Shown in pieces: positions 62,430 to 64,000 of a stretch of 64,000 nucleotides of DNA. The stretch comes from Chiloscyllium plagiosum (Eukaryota). The stretch's first letter is position 1. Each line of letters opens with the position of its first letter. The DNA lies in NCBI RefSeq assembly GCF_004010195.1, contig NC_057719.1:53784204-53848203 (forward strand). The letters run 5' to 3'. The notes beneath the pieces are model-generated. The model had not been told where the DNA came from, searched no databases, and saw only the letters and a program-made list of their open reading frames with translations. The translations under genes and the position numbers were made by a program.

Positions 62430-63102
62430 CCCACTCCTTGTTACTCCACCGCAGGAAATGCAAAACCTGCATCCATACCACTCCCCTCACCTATGTCCAA
62501 CACCCCAAGGGATCCTTCCTTCCATCAGTAATTTAGCCGTATCTCTACCAATGTCATCCGTTGCACCCGGTGTGGTCTCCTCTACGTCGGGGGGACAGGA
62601 CACTTTCTTGTGAAAGCTTCAGAGAACATCTCTGGGACACCCGTACCCACCAACCTCACTATCCCATGACTGGACATGCCAACTCCCCCTCCCACTTCAT
62701 CAAGCAGGTCCTGGGCCTCCTCCACCACCAAACCGACACCTGGAAGAAGAACGCCTCATATTCCGCCTTGGGACTCTGCAACCACACAGGATAAATGTCT
62801 ATTTCAACAGTTTCCTCATTTTCCCTCTCCCCCACATTATCCCAGTCCCAAACCTCCAACACAGTACAGTCCTCTGGATCCATCCATCACTGCCCCCTCT
62901 GACCTATCACCTTCTCCCTTACTTTCATCAACCTATCATTTTTTCAGCTACCTTTCCGCAAGCCCCACACCCCTCCCATTTATCTCTCAGCCCCGGCCCA
63001 CAAACCACATTCCTGATGAAGGGCTTATGCCCAAAACATAGATTCTCCTACTCCTCGGATACCTTCTGACCTGCTGTGCTTTCCCAGCACTACACTCTCG
63101 AC
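62430..63102 (+). mobile_element. Penelope-like GIY-YIG fragment and terminus (family 1), degenerate
   Basis: RRKCKTCIHT, IRCTRCGLLYVG and FREHLWDTR; terminus with CTGATGAAGGGCTTATGCCC(A)AAA at ~63013. Confidence 0.85.
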
Positions 63103-63321
63103 ATTTTAAAAAGAGTGTTTGGGTTGTAAAAGTGAAACCTGAATCCCAAAAGCTTATCTGTTGTCCATTTTCATCAAAAATGGCAAAACTTGTAAAAAAT
63201 CTTGAGTTCTCCTTGGTTTTTCACCAGCATTATATTCTGAGATTGAAATAGAGGAAGGGAGAAGAGCTTTTAGAGTCTTTGGTGTTTTCAATCCATTTGT
63301 TGTTTTCCCCCCTTCCATCTC

Positions 63322-63670
63322 AGGCAGTATGGTGGCTCAGTGTTTAGCACAGCTGCCTCACTAAATTAGGGGCCTGCATTCAATTCCAGCCTCAAGTGAT
63401 TGTCTGGGTGGAGTTTGTGTGATCTCCCTGTGTCTGTGTGGGGTTCTTCTGGGTCCTCTGGTTTTGTCCCACAGTCTAAAAATGTGTACGTGAGGTGGAT
63501 TAGCCATGTTTAATGCAAGGATAGGAAAGGGTGGAGGTGCGTGTGTGTGTGTGGGGGGGGCGGAGGGGGGCAGGGTGGGAGAGGGTGAGTCTAGATGAGA
63601 TCCTCTCTGGAGAATTGTTATGGAATTTTTGGGGCCAAATAGCCTGTTTCCATATTGGGGATTCTATGTT
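63322..63670 (+). mobile_element. Diverged HE1-like SINE
   Basis: GGCAGTATGGTGGCTCAGTGTTTAGCACAGCTGCCTCA head; tail GGGCCAAATAGCCTGTTTCCATATTGGGGATTCTATG. Confidence 0.8.
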
Positions 63671-63854
63671 TCAATGCTTTAAGTCTGATGTGAATATACC
63701 ATTTCTTTGTCAATTCTGGTATCTCTGTCTCATTCCAAGCTGGAAATTTATAGAGTCCCTTTCATCTTCAATGTGTGAATTTACCACACAAGTGAGAGTA
63801 AAACAAATTTACAACTTTCTTGATGCCACATTGAGCTTCAATGCCTTTTGATTA

Positions 63855-63969
63855 CTTTTTGTTATATCTCTTTCTTTAACCCCACACTATCGCTTAACTG
63901 CCGTAGTGCTTATATTTTCCCCAGCATCCATGGTGTGTGTGTGTGTGTGCAGGTGTGAGACACAGTGAA
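63855..63969. mobile_element. Short insertion with 12 bp TSD (probable truncated non-LTR 3' end)
   Basis: GCCTTTTGATTA at 63843-63854 and 63970-63981 flanks 115 bp containing (TG)n. Confidence 0.6.
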
Positions 63970-64000
63970 GCCTTTTGATTATATTGGGTAATTCCAATGA

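Overview
This is non-coding, repeat-dense eukaryotic DNA. The repeat families point to a cartilaginous fish, probably a shark (inference). I can support no intact host protein-coding exon. The window is a nested mosaic of: CR1/HER1-type LINE fragments; HE1-type and other tRNA-derived SINEs; Gmr1-type Gypsy LTR retrotransposons (SCAN-gag, INT upstream of RT) and older Gypsy relics; Harbinger-like relics; and more than a dozen Penelope-like element (PLE, Neptune-type) fragments. The most notable signals are: (1) minimal type-I hammerhead ribozyme motifs in the PLE termini, from at least three sequence families whose stems co-vary, often arranged as fold-back mini-elements with 11-15 bp target-site duplications (TSDs); (2) a 5'-truncated tRNA-Glu(TTC) with a putative Pol III trailer fused to the 5' end of a CR1 insertion; (3) a non-autonomous retroposon family built from a GC-rich VNTR plus a shared 3' tail; (4) a decayed coiled-coil coding relic at ~37.0-38.6 kb, tentatively CAGE1-like. 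Family names are from memory of the repeat literature; no database search was run.
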